IMG/VR virus record: IMGVR_UViG_3300046777_002658 | Span: 1-64,000 of that record | Origin: a virus | Direction: 5' to 3' (one strand) | DNA: 64,000 nt | Shown: piece by piece, positions 34,857-44,400 of the stretch | How positions within the stretch are numbered: the stretch's first letter is position 1 | How the letters are laid out: every line of letters starts with the position of its first letter | Position numbers and translations under genes: made by a program | Notes under the pieces: generated by a model | Told to the model about the DNA's origin: nothing | What the model saw: the letters and a program-made list of their open reading frames with translations, nothing else | Databases searched by the model: none

Positions 34857-36170
34857 CTAGAACGTACCGTAGTTTAGGTTTGACTGCAAGATTTGTTTAG
34901 CAAACACATCTTCAGGTTCGCACACATCTAAAATGCAAATCCAGTGGGGGTATGTAACAACTGGGAGAAAAGCATCACCCAACTGCATAGTCATACCTGT
35001 AGTGGCGGGAGGAGGAGCAATATCAGAAGAGCGCATAAATAAACCAGGAGCCCCATCAATAGCTTCTCCACTACAGTGGTAGGTATAGCCTAAGGAGGCG
35101 CTGGAGTCGTTCATAGCAGTTCTAGCAACTACAGCCACCTTGTTAACTGGCCAGAAAGTCTGAATAGTACCTGTAACAGGGTCACGGTATAGACCATCCA
35201 TGATGCGGATTCTTAAACCAGCAATAGAAGAGATGTCACCACCTGGTCCCATAGTAATAAAGGAAGCAGGAGCCGCACCAGTTCCTAAAGCAGCGTTACC
35301 AGCCACAGTAGTTGTAGGTTGGTTTAACACTAACAAGCTTGGTATACCCATCAATGACTTGATGTAGTCGTTCTGCATAATGATGGTCATCAAGTCAGAA
35401 GAAATAACCAGCTCAGTAAAGCGGTTTTTGTTGGTATTATATAACCATTGTTTAATTAACTGTAAGCAGCTTATTAAATCAGCTTTTGGGTCAGTCCATT
35501 TTACTCCTGCACGACCGTCAGTAGACTTAAATAGTAAGGCTTCTGGACGACCTTTATCATTGACCAAATTACTGGCAGCCACAAGACCAGTACCAGTAAT
35601 AGAAGCATTAGCAGCTACAGTGGCATTAAAGCCATTGTAAGAAAAGAAGTTGTGAGTGGGGATGTTTGTACTAGCATTGATACTAACGTTAGTGCGAGGG
35701 TCTTTGTAGACAATACCACCCAATAAAGCCTTAGCTCGGAAAAGATCTTTAACACGAGCATGACGATTTAACAACTGTTGAACACGTTGTTTAACAATGT
35801 CTGCTGGGTTCCAAGCCTGATTAACAGTACCAACCTTTCTTAACTGGTTGATTAAATGTTGGTCAATAAAGTCATTTTCACGAACTACCGCTGGGTGAGC
35901 CATAAAAGACTGAACCCGGTTTGGCTCCATGTATCCACCGCTGGGAACACCAAACTTAACAATAGGAGTGATACCTAAACCTTCAATGACCTGTTCTGTA
36001 ACGATTGTTCGTTCGGGGATGTTTCTGTCAGGGAAGAAATCAGTTAAAGGAGTAATCTCTAACTGTTCAAAGGATTTAGCTAACTCAGTTAGCTGTAAAC
36101 TGCCAAGTGCAGGGATATCGCCTATATACTTATACTCACTAGCACCAGCATCAAACTCTTGAAGACCCAT
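34857..36170 (-). CDS. Major capsid protein (HK97 fold, gpE/Mu T-like)
   Basis: TPLTDFFPDRNI, GITPIVKFG, VRENDFID, KALLGG, AFLPVVTYPH; downstream of the protease. Confidence 0.88.
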   Translation of the reverse strand: MGLQEFDAGASEYKYIGDIPALGSLQLTELAKSFEQLEITPLTDFFPDRNIPERTIVTEQVIEGLGITPIVKFGVPSGGYMEPNRVQSFMAHPAVVRENDFIDQHLINQLRKVGTVNQAWNPADIVKQRVQQLLNRHARVKDLFRAKALLGGIVYKDPRTNVSINASTNIPTHNFFSYNGFNATVAANASITGTGLVAASNLVNDKGRPEALLFKSTDGRAGVKWTDPKADLISCLQLIKQWLYNTNKNRFTELVISSDLMTIIMQNDYIKSLMGIPSLLVLNQPTTTVAGNAALGTGAAPASFITMGPGGDISSIAGLRIRIMDGLYRDPVTGTIQTFWPVNKVAVVARTAMNDSSASLGYTYHCSGEAIDGAPGLFMRSSDIAPPPATTGMTMQLGDAFLPVVTYPHWICILDVCEPEDVFAKQILQSNLNYGTF

Positions 36171-36210
36171 TAGGTTGTTTCCTATTAATTAATAAAAATT
36201 CGATTTAGTA

Positions 36211-37281
36211 TCAAACGTATTGACGATTTTGAGCCTGGCGTTCTGCTAACATTTGGTTGTTGGCAGCAATTACAGAGGCGTAAGGATTAGGAGCTGGAGC
36301 GTCTGGCTTAACAGCTTCGCTATCAACAGCACCCTTTGGTTCAGTAAACAATTGAACATTGTTAGCAGATTGTGCTTCATACATCTTCCAAAATTTCTCG
36401 CGCTGTTCCAAACTCAAGCCACCAGTTTTAATCATCTCAGAGAAGGTTTCTTTGCTTTCTGCGGAGATATTTAAAAGAGAGACTTTAGCAAGTAGATTTT
36501 CTTCGTCCTGCTTTTCCAGGCGTAGGTTAGCTTCACTAAGCTTTTGCTCAGTTGTAGCCAACTTAGTGTTTAAACCTTCAACAGTCAAAGTTAACGCAAT
36601 AACCTTTTCAGAAAGAGCTTGGTATTGATCTTCTAAAGCTTTAGAAGAATCAAGCGTAGTAGTTTCCAATTGAGTTGTCATTTCTTTTTCAGTAGTTAAG
36701 GGAAATAAGATAGTTAAGTTATTTTCAACGCTCTCAGAAAATTGTTGGGTTACAGCCTCTACTCTGGGCATACCAGTCAAAAAAGGACGATTAGTTAAGG
36801 CTGCTCCTCTGAGAACAGTACCTATAGGCTGTCCAGTCTTTTTGCTAATAGCATTTCTAGATACTTCTGCACTGGAGTAGCGGTATGAGCCTTTAGCAGC
36901 GTCTTCATAGGCTTTTTCATCCACAGGATCATACAAAGCATAAAGAGTGTCTGACTGCTGGTAAAGCTTCTCTAAAAAAGCTACAGAAGGAGCTCCTTCG
37001 ACTGTAGAATTATCAGTAGGATGCCCAAGAAATAATGGGGGTTCGTACCCAAGAACATTTCCATCCCAGTTTTGGAGCATAGAGTCAAAGTCTGTCTGGT
37101 CAAACTTTACTTCTCCATAATCAGGATGAAACCATTTCCCTAGAACAGCAATGGGAACCTTCAGGTAATTCTTCTGTTTAGAAAATACCTGCTTGATACT
37201 CCACAGACCATAAGTTATTTCAATAGAATTACCCATAGACTTTCTAGTGTTATAAAACAAACGTAGCTTGTAAATATACAA
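36211..37281 (-). CDS. Mu gpI-like prohead protease/scaffold
   Basis: LGKWFHP.YG, PPLFLGH, YRYSSAE, LRGAALTNRPFL, coiled-coil scaffold C-terminus. Confidence 0.88.
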   Translation of the reverse strand: MYIYKLRLFYNTRKSMGNSIEITYGLWSIKQVFSKQKNYLKVPIAVLGKWFHPDYGEVKFDQTDFDSMLQNWDGNVLGYEPPLFLGHPTDNSTVEGAPSVAFLEKLYQQSDTLYALYDPVDEKAYEDAAKGSYRYSSAEVSRNAISKKTGQPIGTVLRGAALTNRPFLTGMPRVEAVTQQFSESVENNLTILFPLTTEKEMTTQLETTTLDSSKALEDQYQALSEKVIALTLTVEGLNTKLATTEQKLSEANLRLEKQDEENLLAKVSLLNISAESKETFSEMIKTGGLSLEQREKFWKMYEAQSANNVQLFTEPKGAVDSEAVKPDAPAPNPYASVIAANNQMLAERQAQNRQYV

Positions 37282-37311
37282 GAACCAAGAAAAAAGAATA
37301 GAAAATAAGAA

Positions 37312-38001
37312 TTAAATAACTTGTGAGCTTTTTTGCTTAACAAGTTGTTCGTACTTTCTCTTTATGTAAAGGTTAGTGAGAGTTTCATCCTTTACCCCGT
37401 CTTGAGTCATAAAAGAGGGAGCTGCTAACAAAGCTTCAACATATAGCTCTTGATCAGAAAACTCAGAGTTAACAGGAACAATAGCGTCTTGTGACTGAAC
37501 TACAGTTGCTAAAGCAGGTTGGGCAGTCTCTGAAAACATCTCTTTGGAGTCAGAAGAACCAAGAAGAGTAGCAGGGTCAACATGACTATCACAGTAGTAA
37601 AAAGGAATAACTCTTTGGTTCCACTTCTTACAAATAGCGTGTTCCTCAACAGGCTCATACGTCGAGAAAGCACAGTTAGAGCAACTAGCAGGTAAACGAT
37701 AGTTAGGTATCTTGGAGCAGCACTCTTCCTTAACCCAAGTATTCAAATAACCGTAGGAAGAGTAGTCACTAAACTTCTGCTCTTGCTGAGGCAACAAACG
37801 GTTCGTTGAAATTGCTGCTGCAGAAGCAGCAGGTTCAGTTGGCACAGGTTGGGTAACTGCAGCAACTGGTTCTTGTGCAATAGGAACTCTTGCTACTAAA
37901 GCAGGCTTTGGTGCTTCTTGACCGCTTGCTAAAATAGGTTCGATAGTAGGGGTAAAGTTGGGACTAACGTTAAGAGATTGTAGAAGATCAAGTTCTTGCA
38001 T
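37312..38001 (-). CDS. Hypothetical protein with Cys cluster
   Basis: SCSNCAF...AICKKW...FYYCD. Confidence 0.6.
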   Translation of the reverse strand: MQELDLLQSLNVSPNFTPTIEPILASGQEAPKPALVARVPIAQEPVAAVTQPVPTEPAASAAAISTNRLLPQQEQKFSDYSSYGYLNTWVKEECCSKIPNYRLPASCSNCAFSTYEPVEEHAICKKWNQRVIPFYYCDSHVDPATLLGSSDSKEMFSETAQPALATVVQSQDAIVPVNSEFSDQELYVEALLAAPSFMTQDGVKDETLTNLYIKRKYEQLVKQKSSQVI

Positions 38002-38053
38002 AGGAATTAAGTAAGTCTAGATTCAAAGTACAGTAGGTTTTGGAATAAACAAA

Positions 38054-38680
38054 ATGGAAAGTTACGCTTTTTTAGTAGCACAAAGAGATTATTTAAAAAA
38101 GTTTAAGCTACTCTCTTTCCCAATAGAAAAGGAAGATGACAGTAAAAAAGGAATAACAACTATTAGCATGAGCGTAGTTTTTGGTGATGAAAGCCACTTA
38201 ATTTCTAGATCGTCAAGAACTATTCCTGACTTTTGGGCTAATGCTGTAAAAATAGAATCTGCTAGGCAGACTATTTTGTACAATCACAAGAATAATGAGA
38301 TTAGCTTTCTGGAAGCTGTGGGAAACATGGTGCTAGAGGAGTTTTCTAATAGTCTGGTTAAGTCTGCTTCTATAAAAAACTACTTAGTAACTTATTGGGT
38401 TGGCTTGAATAGGTATATAGTACCCCTACAGCCCAACAAGTCTCACTTGATTCAAGACTACGAAAACTTAGTAGCTTCTAGAGCCTTGTTAAAAGGCTAC
38501 ACAATCAAAGAGATAAAAGGCAGTCACTTCGAGGTTACTTCTGCTTCTGGTAGAGTTCAAGCTACGTCTCTTAACAACTGCACTTGTAGGGAATTTACAG
38601 ACTTTAACGACTGCTTACACAACAAGTTTGCCAGAGCAGTAGCAAGAAATAGACCGCATCTAAGTTACTTACTGAGGTGA
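38054..38680 (+). CDS. SWIM zinc-finger protein, antisense within the head operon
   Basis: C-terminal CTCREF....DCLH (CxC..CxH). Confidence 0.7.
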   Translation: MESYAFLVAQRDYLKKFKLLSFPIEKEDDSKKGITTISMSVVFGDESHLISRSSRTIPDFWANAVKIESARQTILYNHKNNEISFLEAVGNMVLEEFSNSLVKSASIKNYLVTYWVGLNRYIVPLQPNKSHLIQDYENLVASRALLKGYTIKEIKGSHFEVTSASGRVQATSLNNCTCREFTDFNDCLHNKFARAVARNRPHLSYLLR

Positions 38681-40096
38681 GCGGCTATTAACTTGTTTGG
38701 TGGTGGAGCCTGTTGCTCTACCTGCTTTACCGGCTCCGTTTGGTCCCACGTCAGAGTTATTAGTTTTCTGGCGGGGATTAATAAGCATTTCCTTAATGAA
38801 CTTAGAGTCATCTGCACTCATATGTCTGTCAGCAAGTTTAACCATCTGCCTAACCATGTTCCAGTCAGCCTGGTTTCTGGGGTTAAGGTAGCCATTCTCT
38901 GTGAGACCCTTAACCATTTGCATGGTAGCTACTCTATCCTCAGAGCGATCGCTGTAGACTCTAGCAAAAGTAGGTGGTATTTTGGCAGAAGCTCTATTAA
39001 AGTTCCACTTAACAAGTAGAGTTAGAATCTGTTTGATAACTGCAGTGGTTAACTCTTCACGCTTTTTATCCTTGATAGCACTAAAAACCTCCATTCTTCT
39101 TTCTACTACTTCAGGTGTCAGCCCACTAGCTCTATCACTAATCAAAAAGTAGGGGCAGATATGTTTGATACTCTCCTCATCAGCAAAACCAATAGCATCT
39201 AAAAATACGTTTCCTACCAAGTCTGACTGAGGAACAGAACCAACTTCCGGTTTAGCTCCATCAACAGTAAAAGGTAGCAAGAGAGTTTCTTGGATACCTT
39301 CATCACTTTCTAGCTGTTCTCTCAAAACATCTAAAGTAGTAACAGGTTCTTCTTCTCCCGTAGAAGGATTAACCCTCAGCTGAGAAGTAGAGTGAGAGGG
39401 ACTGACAATAAAGGTAGTTCTGTGACCTGCTTTCTGAAGGTAAATCATCATAAGGTCAATCAAAGCCTCTTTTAGCCTTTGCCACTTATAGCCTGGAGAA
39501 ACTATTGACTGACCATAGTAGTTACCATACTGGTTATCATTAGCTAAAAATAGGACTTTCCAAAGGTCTAGCTTAGTCTCTGCTGCATTAAAACCTATAG
39601 AGCTTTGGTAGATGCCAGCTTTGTGATACCCATCGTAACTGGTTGAACCTTCTTTAAGTCTTCCTTTTTTATCTGTGTAGATAGTAATTCCAGACGGGTG
39701 GTAAGTGATTAGATCTTCCAAAGTTAGAGTACCAAACTCTAACTTAAACATAATTTCTGAAACACTAGCTCCCGCCCAATCAGAAGTAAACTGAGCAGTC
39801 TCTAAACAAGACTTCCAGCTTACTCCAAGACTGTCTTCCATAGTCTTGAGGTTATTGTTTAGAAACTCAGCTATTTCGGCATCTGGATGGCATATCTCTC
39901 CAATAGTAGAGATTATGTAGTTGTCGTAAGTGTTGACTGCTGACTTAATAGTTAAGTCTTGTCTTACTAACCTTTCATTAAGCTTAAGGCGAACTTGGGG
40001 TAGTTTTCTGCTAAATTGATTTTGGTTAAAACCCCCTTGTTGGGTAAACTTACCTTTAGCTGCTCTTTTATCTTCATATACAATATCTGTTGCCAT
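38669..40096 (-). CDS. Portal protein (DUF935/Mu gp29-like)
   Basis: AGASVSEIMF, NYYGQSIVSPGYKW, size and position next to the protease. Confidence 0.8.
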   Translation of the reverse strand: MATDIVYEDKRAAKGKFTQQGGFNQNQFSRKLPQVRLKLNERLVRQDLTIKSAVNTYDNYIISTIGEICHPDAEIAEFLNNNLKTMEDSLGVSWKSCLETAQFTSDWAGASVSEIMFKLEFGTLTLEDLITYHPSGITIYTDKKGRLKEGSTSYDGYHKAGIYQSSIGFNAAETKLDLWKVLFLANDNQYGNYYGQSIVSPGYKWQRLKEALIDLMMIYLQKAGHRTTFIVSPSHSTSQLRVNPSTGEEEPVTTLDVLREQLESDEGIQETLLLPFTVDGAKPEVGSVPQSDLVGNVFLDAIGFADEESIKHICPYFLISDRASGLTPEVVERRMEVFSAIKDKKREELTTAVIKQILTLLVKWNFNRASAKIPPTFARVYSDRSEDRVATMQMVKGLTENGYLNPRNQADWNMVRQMVKLADRHMSADDSKFIKEMLINPRQKTNNSDVGPNGAGKAGRATGSTTKQVNSRSPQ

Positions 40097-40107
40097 TACT
40101 TACTTAC

Positions 40108-40644
40108 TTATTTAAATAGTTTTTGGATTGTATTGTTAGAAGAACCAAAGTTTAGTTGTCCATTAAATTTTTCTCTAGCCATCTTAGCCTCTTGCTCCTG
40201 CTTTCTTAGATCTCTGCTGCGTTCTTCTCCTATCCTTGTAACTTCAAAAGCTATAGCTTTCTTGATCGCATCAGGCAAACCGTAATGCTTGTAAAAAGTA
40301 TCTTCGTTAAGACCAAACCAGTCTGCAACTGAGACTGGCATTAGTTGGTTTATAGCTACTAAACTAGCAATGTCATACTTTTTAGCAAGCCTCTCAGCAT
40401 CGTTTTGAGAACGAAAATAGTGCTGTGCAGAAAATATCTCTGCTTCCTTACTAGTGTTAAAGAAATGTTTGGGATTTAGAGGATACCAATCAGGAAAACA
40501 AGAAAGCTTCCCTCCCAACCTAGCACTAGATGTTATGGGTATAGGAGGTATGTACTTGCAGAATGGTACTAAGCTGAGGTAACAGTTGTAGTGCTTGCTT
40601 TTTTGGATGGAGATTTCTTCTTCCCAAGCGCGGCTTTCTTCAGC
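40108..40644 (-). CDS. Tail assembly chaperone T portion (-1 frame, expressed as G-T fusion)
   Basis: The frame of track ORF 40108-40518 stays open back to the slippery site at 40644-40650. Confidence 0.7.
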   Translation of the reverse strand, partial: AEESRAWEEEISIQKSKHYNCYLSLVPFCKYIPPIPITSSARLGGKLSCFPDWYPLNPKHFFNTSKEAEIFSAQHYFRSQNDAERLAKKYDIASLVAINQLMPVSVADWFGLNEDTFYKHYGLPDAIKKAIAFEVTRIGEERSRDLRKQEQEAKMAREKFNGQLNFGSSNNTIQKLFK

Positions 40645-41345
40645 TTTCCCCGCGCTTTAGCTGCTTCAGCACCATCATTGTCTAATAAAAATAAGTTAAC
40701 AAAAACTGTAGAAATAAACTGTACATCATCAATACGCTCTTCATCTAACAAGCACATTACATCTTTAGGCAGTTCTATAATAGGTGCTTGGTCAATAGAC
40801 TCTAGACACATCGCCACCAGCATTTCATCAAGAGTACAACCATTTTCTTGAGGACTCTTGTAAGAATTGTCAGCTTTCCATTGGGTAGAGGTGTTAGGAC
40901 GATTCAGAACATAACTCTTGCCAGAAGGAGTAATAGAACCAGGAATTAAAGTAGTCTGAGTTAAAGGCTTAACACGCTCTTCAACAGCAAAGTTTTTTGC
41001 AGAGCGAGAGTAGTCTTTGTCCAAAAAGCAAGTTTCAATAAACTCAATCATCATTGCCTGACGATCATCAATAGGAAAGGAAGCCAAACGTGATGGTAGG
41101 TCTTGTGCCTCCATAGGAATCTCTTTCTTACCTGTTTCGGTTTTAGCTTCTATTTTGGTCAACATAGAAGCAAACAGTAACTCCTCAACGCTGTAGTTGG
41201 GTCCTACTTCGCCCTCTCTGGTGGGATAAGGATAAATACGTTTAGCTTTTCTGTAATCTCCATAGTTAGGAGCTTGGTAGGTAATAGTTAGCTTCCGGTT
41301 TGGTAAGTCTGCTGCGTCAATAACTAATAGCTGTTTATCAAGCAT
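40569..41345 (-). CDS. Tail assembly chaperone G
   Basis: Internally duplicated chaperone-like sequence (APNYGDY/RPNTSTQ; EELLFA/DEMLVA); G-GGA-AAG slippery heptamer near the 3' end. Confidence 0.75.
   Translation of the reverse strand: MLDKQLLVIDAADLPNRKLTITYQAPNYGDYRKAKRIYPYPTREGEVGPNYSVEELLFASMLTKIEAKTETGKKEIPMEAQDLPSRLASFPIDDRQAMMIEFIETCFLDKDYSRSAKNFAVEERVKPLTQTTLIPGSITPSGKSYVLNRPNTSTQWKADNSYKSPQENGCTLDEMLVAMCLESIDQAPIIELPKDVMCLLDEERIDDVQFISTVFVNLFLLDNDGAEAAKARGKLKKAALGKKKSPSKKASTTTVTSA
40644..40650 (-). promoter_or_regulatory. Programmed -1 frameshift heptamer GGGAAAG
   Basis: CG(G) GGA AAG in the G reading frame, identical to the lambda G/GT site; the -1 frame is open for 178 further codons. 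Confidence 0.8.
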
Positions 41346-41424
41346 AGTAATAAGCTAGTAAGTTGGATACAAACTCAATGTAGCTTGATAAACAGAATGG
41401 AAGAAGAAGTTATAGGCTTGAAGA

Positions 41425-44400
41425 ATGGAAGAAAATAGTAATTTACTAGACAACAACAATGATTATGATGATTACTCTGAGGAGCTCTACAATAATAACA
41501 CCTTAACAGAAGCTCCAACAGAGCAAGAGATAAGAGAGAACCCCTTCAGAAGTCTTATTGAATACAATATTAATCATGGCGGGGGAATTAATAAATTCTT
41601 TGACAGCTCAGACTATAACCAGTCTGACCCCTTTAAAGCCGCCGCAAACTTGAGTATTAGTTTTAACCAAAAGATGCTGGGGGTTGAAGCTAGAACTCAA
41701 AGAGAGTATTTAGAGTTTGCTGTGCAGGTACAAGCGGATAGACTGTCTTCTGCGATAGGTAGCTATGAAGCTGATATGCAGAGAGCAACAGGACATAACC
41801 TAGCTGGCGAGAGAGTAGAAACCTATAAATCTCCAAACGGCTTCCTGACTAGACCTACTCAATATGATACCTACTCCTTGTTCTCTAATCAAGAGGCTAG
41901 AGAAATGGGGCTAAGGTTGTCTATGTACCAACTACCAGAGACAAACACAGTAGTTGGTATCTCACAGCGCAGCAGAAGCAGCACAGAAATAGTAACCCAA
42001 AGCTTTTTAAACTCTGATCAATCAAGAAGAGACTTGTCCTCCACAAACTCACAAAGGTCTATGAGAGTCTTAGTGGGTAACGAGGTAGCTAGTAATATTC
42101 TTAATAGAAATGAGAATATAAATGTTTATGGTGTAGGAATGCCTCAAGGAGCTAACTTACACGCTAAGGTTGGGTATTTATATACTAATAATAGTCTTGA
42201 GACTGACTACAAAGATACTTTAAGAAACCAGAAAGCGCAAACAGCTTTTATATCTACACAAAATATTACCTCTGCCCTTCCAAAAGCTAATACCTCCGAG
42301 GAGATGTTAGTTCTTTCTAGAGGAGACATATACAGAAGCAATAACCAAAATCCGCTTACTTATAGAGACTCTATTCTTGACGAAAGAGAAGAAATTAGAA
42401 ATCGCTTAATAGATCAGTTAAAAGGTGTCACAGATGCTATAGCTAGTCTAGCTAAGTCTCAACAAAGACAGGTAGAAAAAAGCTTTAGAGAAAGTGTTAA
42501 ACAAGTTACAAAAGATAATATAACAAGCTTAGAAAGCATGAGAGCGGGTGCTAACTCCTCTGTGTTTGTAAATGAAGATATTTTAATAGAGATTAAAAAT
42601 AAAGTTAAAGATGCTGCTGAAAAAAGCAGCACTAAAAAGGTAGTTTTATCAATCCAGTATTTAGAGAATATATTTCTTGACAATAGCTCAAACTCTTCTA
42701 GCAGGTATGATAACGATGTAAGAATACCCATGCTAAACGCTCTGGAATTGTTATCAAAACAAGGTAGGTTAAGTCTTGCTACATCCAGCGTTAGTTTTGC
42801 TCCTGACCAAGGGTTGTTTAACATTTTAGATAAATTTCACTCCAATGAGATAACCGGTTATAGCAAAACAGTTTTAAAAACCCTTTTAGACAATAACTCC
42901 TTTTCAATTCTGCCTACTAGTTTTGCTCACAGTAAGACGTTTGCCATCTTTGATATGCCAGAATCTAGACCAGACTTAAATAAGCTTAAACTAGATAGTT
43001 TTGGTATAAGTTCTGCTAACTTCACCCGCAACGCTTTCGAGAATAATATTGAGACTGGTTTAATTCTTGATAGGGACAGCCTAAGAGGATTAACAGACCG
43101 AGAACAGCAAGATATAACAAACTACTATTATTATGGTGTCAGTAATTTTAATAGGCTAAGAGCTCAAGGTTCATTTGTAGAAAGTAGAGGCAATGCAGAG
43201 CAAACAGAAAAATTAATAGGTATTCTGACATCTATGGGAGGTCAGGAGTCCAGAGAAAGAGTATCCGGCTCTCCCTTTGTTTTTAGTAGACGTTATGACA
43301 TTAACAGAGGTGTTGAGCTATCTGGGTTAGATATACAAATAAGGGGTTTAGGACAGGGTGCTAAGGGTTACTCGTTCTCTGTCACTGTAGGACAGGAGTA
43401 TGGTCAGAATGGCTATGAACCGATTGTTTATCTTTCTAAAAACAATCGTGTGATCAACGGGATGATCTATAAAAATGATTCATCTCAAGCTTTACAACTT
43501 TACAACGGTGAGTACCTGGCTCCAGGAGAAACTAGACAGTTTAGTGCTTTGGAAGTAGTGGCTGGTTTAGTTGACACACTGCGCCACACAACGCTTTTTG
43601 AGGCTTCTAGAGGATCTTTACAGACAGCTATAAAATCAATGACGACTGCTACCAGACTGCAAGGTTTGAGTAGAGTTTTGGGTAACCTACTGTTTGAGCA
43701 AGCTCAGTTGAAGAACTATATGAGCTGGTTAGACAGTCAGGGTTCAGGTTTTACTGATGTAATGACAAACCTGCACCAAAGAGATGCTGGAGCCAGAGGT
43801 TGGTTAAACAATATTCTTAACGATGGGAAAGATCAGAACATAGCTACAAAAACACTAGCTTCTTTAGCAGAAAGACTTAGTATTCCTTTGAGTCAATCTA
43901 GTTTAGGAACTGAAGTAGCAAGTAGACTACCTGAACGTACAGCACAAATTCTGGATATTCTGAATAAGGAAATTGGAGGCGATCGCAGAGATGTCGCTAC
44001 AACTACTGCTGGAATGGTAAAAGCTTTAGACAGACTATTAATGAATAGTTTAGATAATAGCCAAACAGCAACTCTCTACACTGACCTCTTAAGAATGATA
44101 GTTCAGCAAGATGCTGTGGCTAATGATATATACGAAAGAAGTCAGCAGAGAGCTAAACAAGAGTTGTTTTCACAAATGACTAGTGCTTTCATGCAGCCTC
44201 ATGAGTTGAGATACTCATTTGGGCAAGCATTGTATAAAAGACCAGTTTTTAGCATTAATAATGATTTATCTAAACTAGCAAGGTCACAAAATACTCTAGG
44301 GCTGCTTCTTTCCCCTCATGGCTTGAGGCATGGTGAATCTTTGGGTGACACTTACATTAGAGCGATAGCTGATAGTGTGAGATTCACTGAAAGAGATTTA

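Noticed and set aside
40108-40518. Stand-alone gene or small terminase starting at TTG 40518
   Set aside because: No convincing RBS, and the frame is open back to the GGGAAAG site, which fits the T part of a G-T fusion better.
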